NCBI GenBank assembly: GCA_030324005.1
Contig: JARDVH010000073.1
Coordinates: 31,756,569 to 31,820,568 of the forward strand
Length of the DNA: 64,000 nucleotides
DNA from: Negaprion brevirostris
Lineage: Eukaryota
Direction of reading: 5' to 3'
Each line of letters begins with the position of its first letter. Position 1 is the first letter of the stretch. The notes beneath the pieces are model-generated. The model had not been told where the DNA came from and made no database searches. It saw nothing but the letters and a program-made list of their open reading frames with translations. Of the stretch, positions 63,585 to 64,000 are shown one piece after another. Both the position numbers and the translations under genes were made by a program.

Positions 63585-63690
63585 GGACAATGACTCCACT
63601 TCAAGAGTACTTAATTGGCTGCAGAGTGCTTTGAGATTCTGGTTGTTAAGAAAAGTGGTATATAAATGCAAGTCTTTATTTTCTTTTCAG
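63585..63690 (+). mobile_element. DeuSINE (AmnSINE1/SacSINE1-like) 3' tail remnant
   Basis: gactccacttcaagagtacttaattggctgcagagtgctttgag...tatataaatgcaagtcttt resembles my recollection of the AmnSINE1-type tail. Confidence 0.5.
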
Positions 63691-63986
63691 ACAATAGTTA
63701 GATACAATCATCATTTTTAAAATGGGGACAGCGTGATTGCGCATTTCTGTTTAATCTTGGTGCATTGTGCTGTAGAATGATTTGTGCTCACTGATTCATA
63801 TTTCAGTTGTTATGACTTGCAGTGGTAGCGAGGAGTTTGTATGCAAGGAGGTATAAATCAAGGACTGAGTCTGAGCCCTCAAGATAGCAGAGTCTCCCAG
63901 AATAGTGATCTTTAACACAGAACAATAAACTGCTACGGTTTTCACTTGTTTTCTGATGATTTGTCTGTTTTTACTGTTTTCTTTAG

Positions 63987-64000
63987 GTGGATTTGCCACA
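63987..64000 (+). CDS. DUSP16: Start of DUSP16 third coding exon (truncated by window edge)
   Basis: Acceptor gtttttactgttttctttag| then GT GGA TTT GCC ACA. This completes the phase-1 codon to give G-G-F-A-T, the LxGGF CH2B motif expected next in DUSP8/16. Confidence 0.85.

Noticed and set aside
31618-64000. Assignment to DUSP8
   Set aside because: The residues NINCSKLMKRRLQQDKV, ELIQHSAK, SDCFL and KLEKSFN match DUSP16. Only DSRSF and GGFAT lean towards DUSP8. Synteny would settle it.

Overview
Eukaryotic, repeat-rich vertebrate genomic DNA, almost certainly from a shark or other elasmobranch (judged from HE1/V-SINE-type SINEs, HER1/CR1 LINEs and Rex1, L2 and Harbinger fossils), with many scaffold N-gaps. 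The only host gene I can support is the 5' part of DUSP16 (MKP-7) on the + strand. It has three visible exons: the ATG exon 31335-31848 (CDS 31618-31848), exon 41457-41595, and the start of the next exon at 63987, which runs off the window. Together they encode the N-terminal rhodanese/MAPK-docking domain, with GT-AG splice sites and matching phases. Everything else is intronic or upstream sequence filled with decayed, often nested transposable elements; almost all entries in the ORF track are TE fragments or noise. I found no convincing new biological system. The most notable observations are a two-gene Harbinger transposon fossil with a candidate MITE family, seven upstream ATGs in the DUSP16 5' UTR, inverted repeats (a SINE hairpin, a 76-bp inverted pair, and repeats bracketing the ATG exon), and two SINE subfamilies with different 3' tails. 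Repeat family names come from recalled motifs, not database searches, and TE boundaries are approximate.
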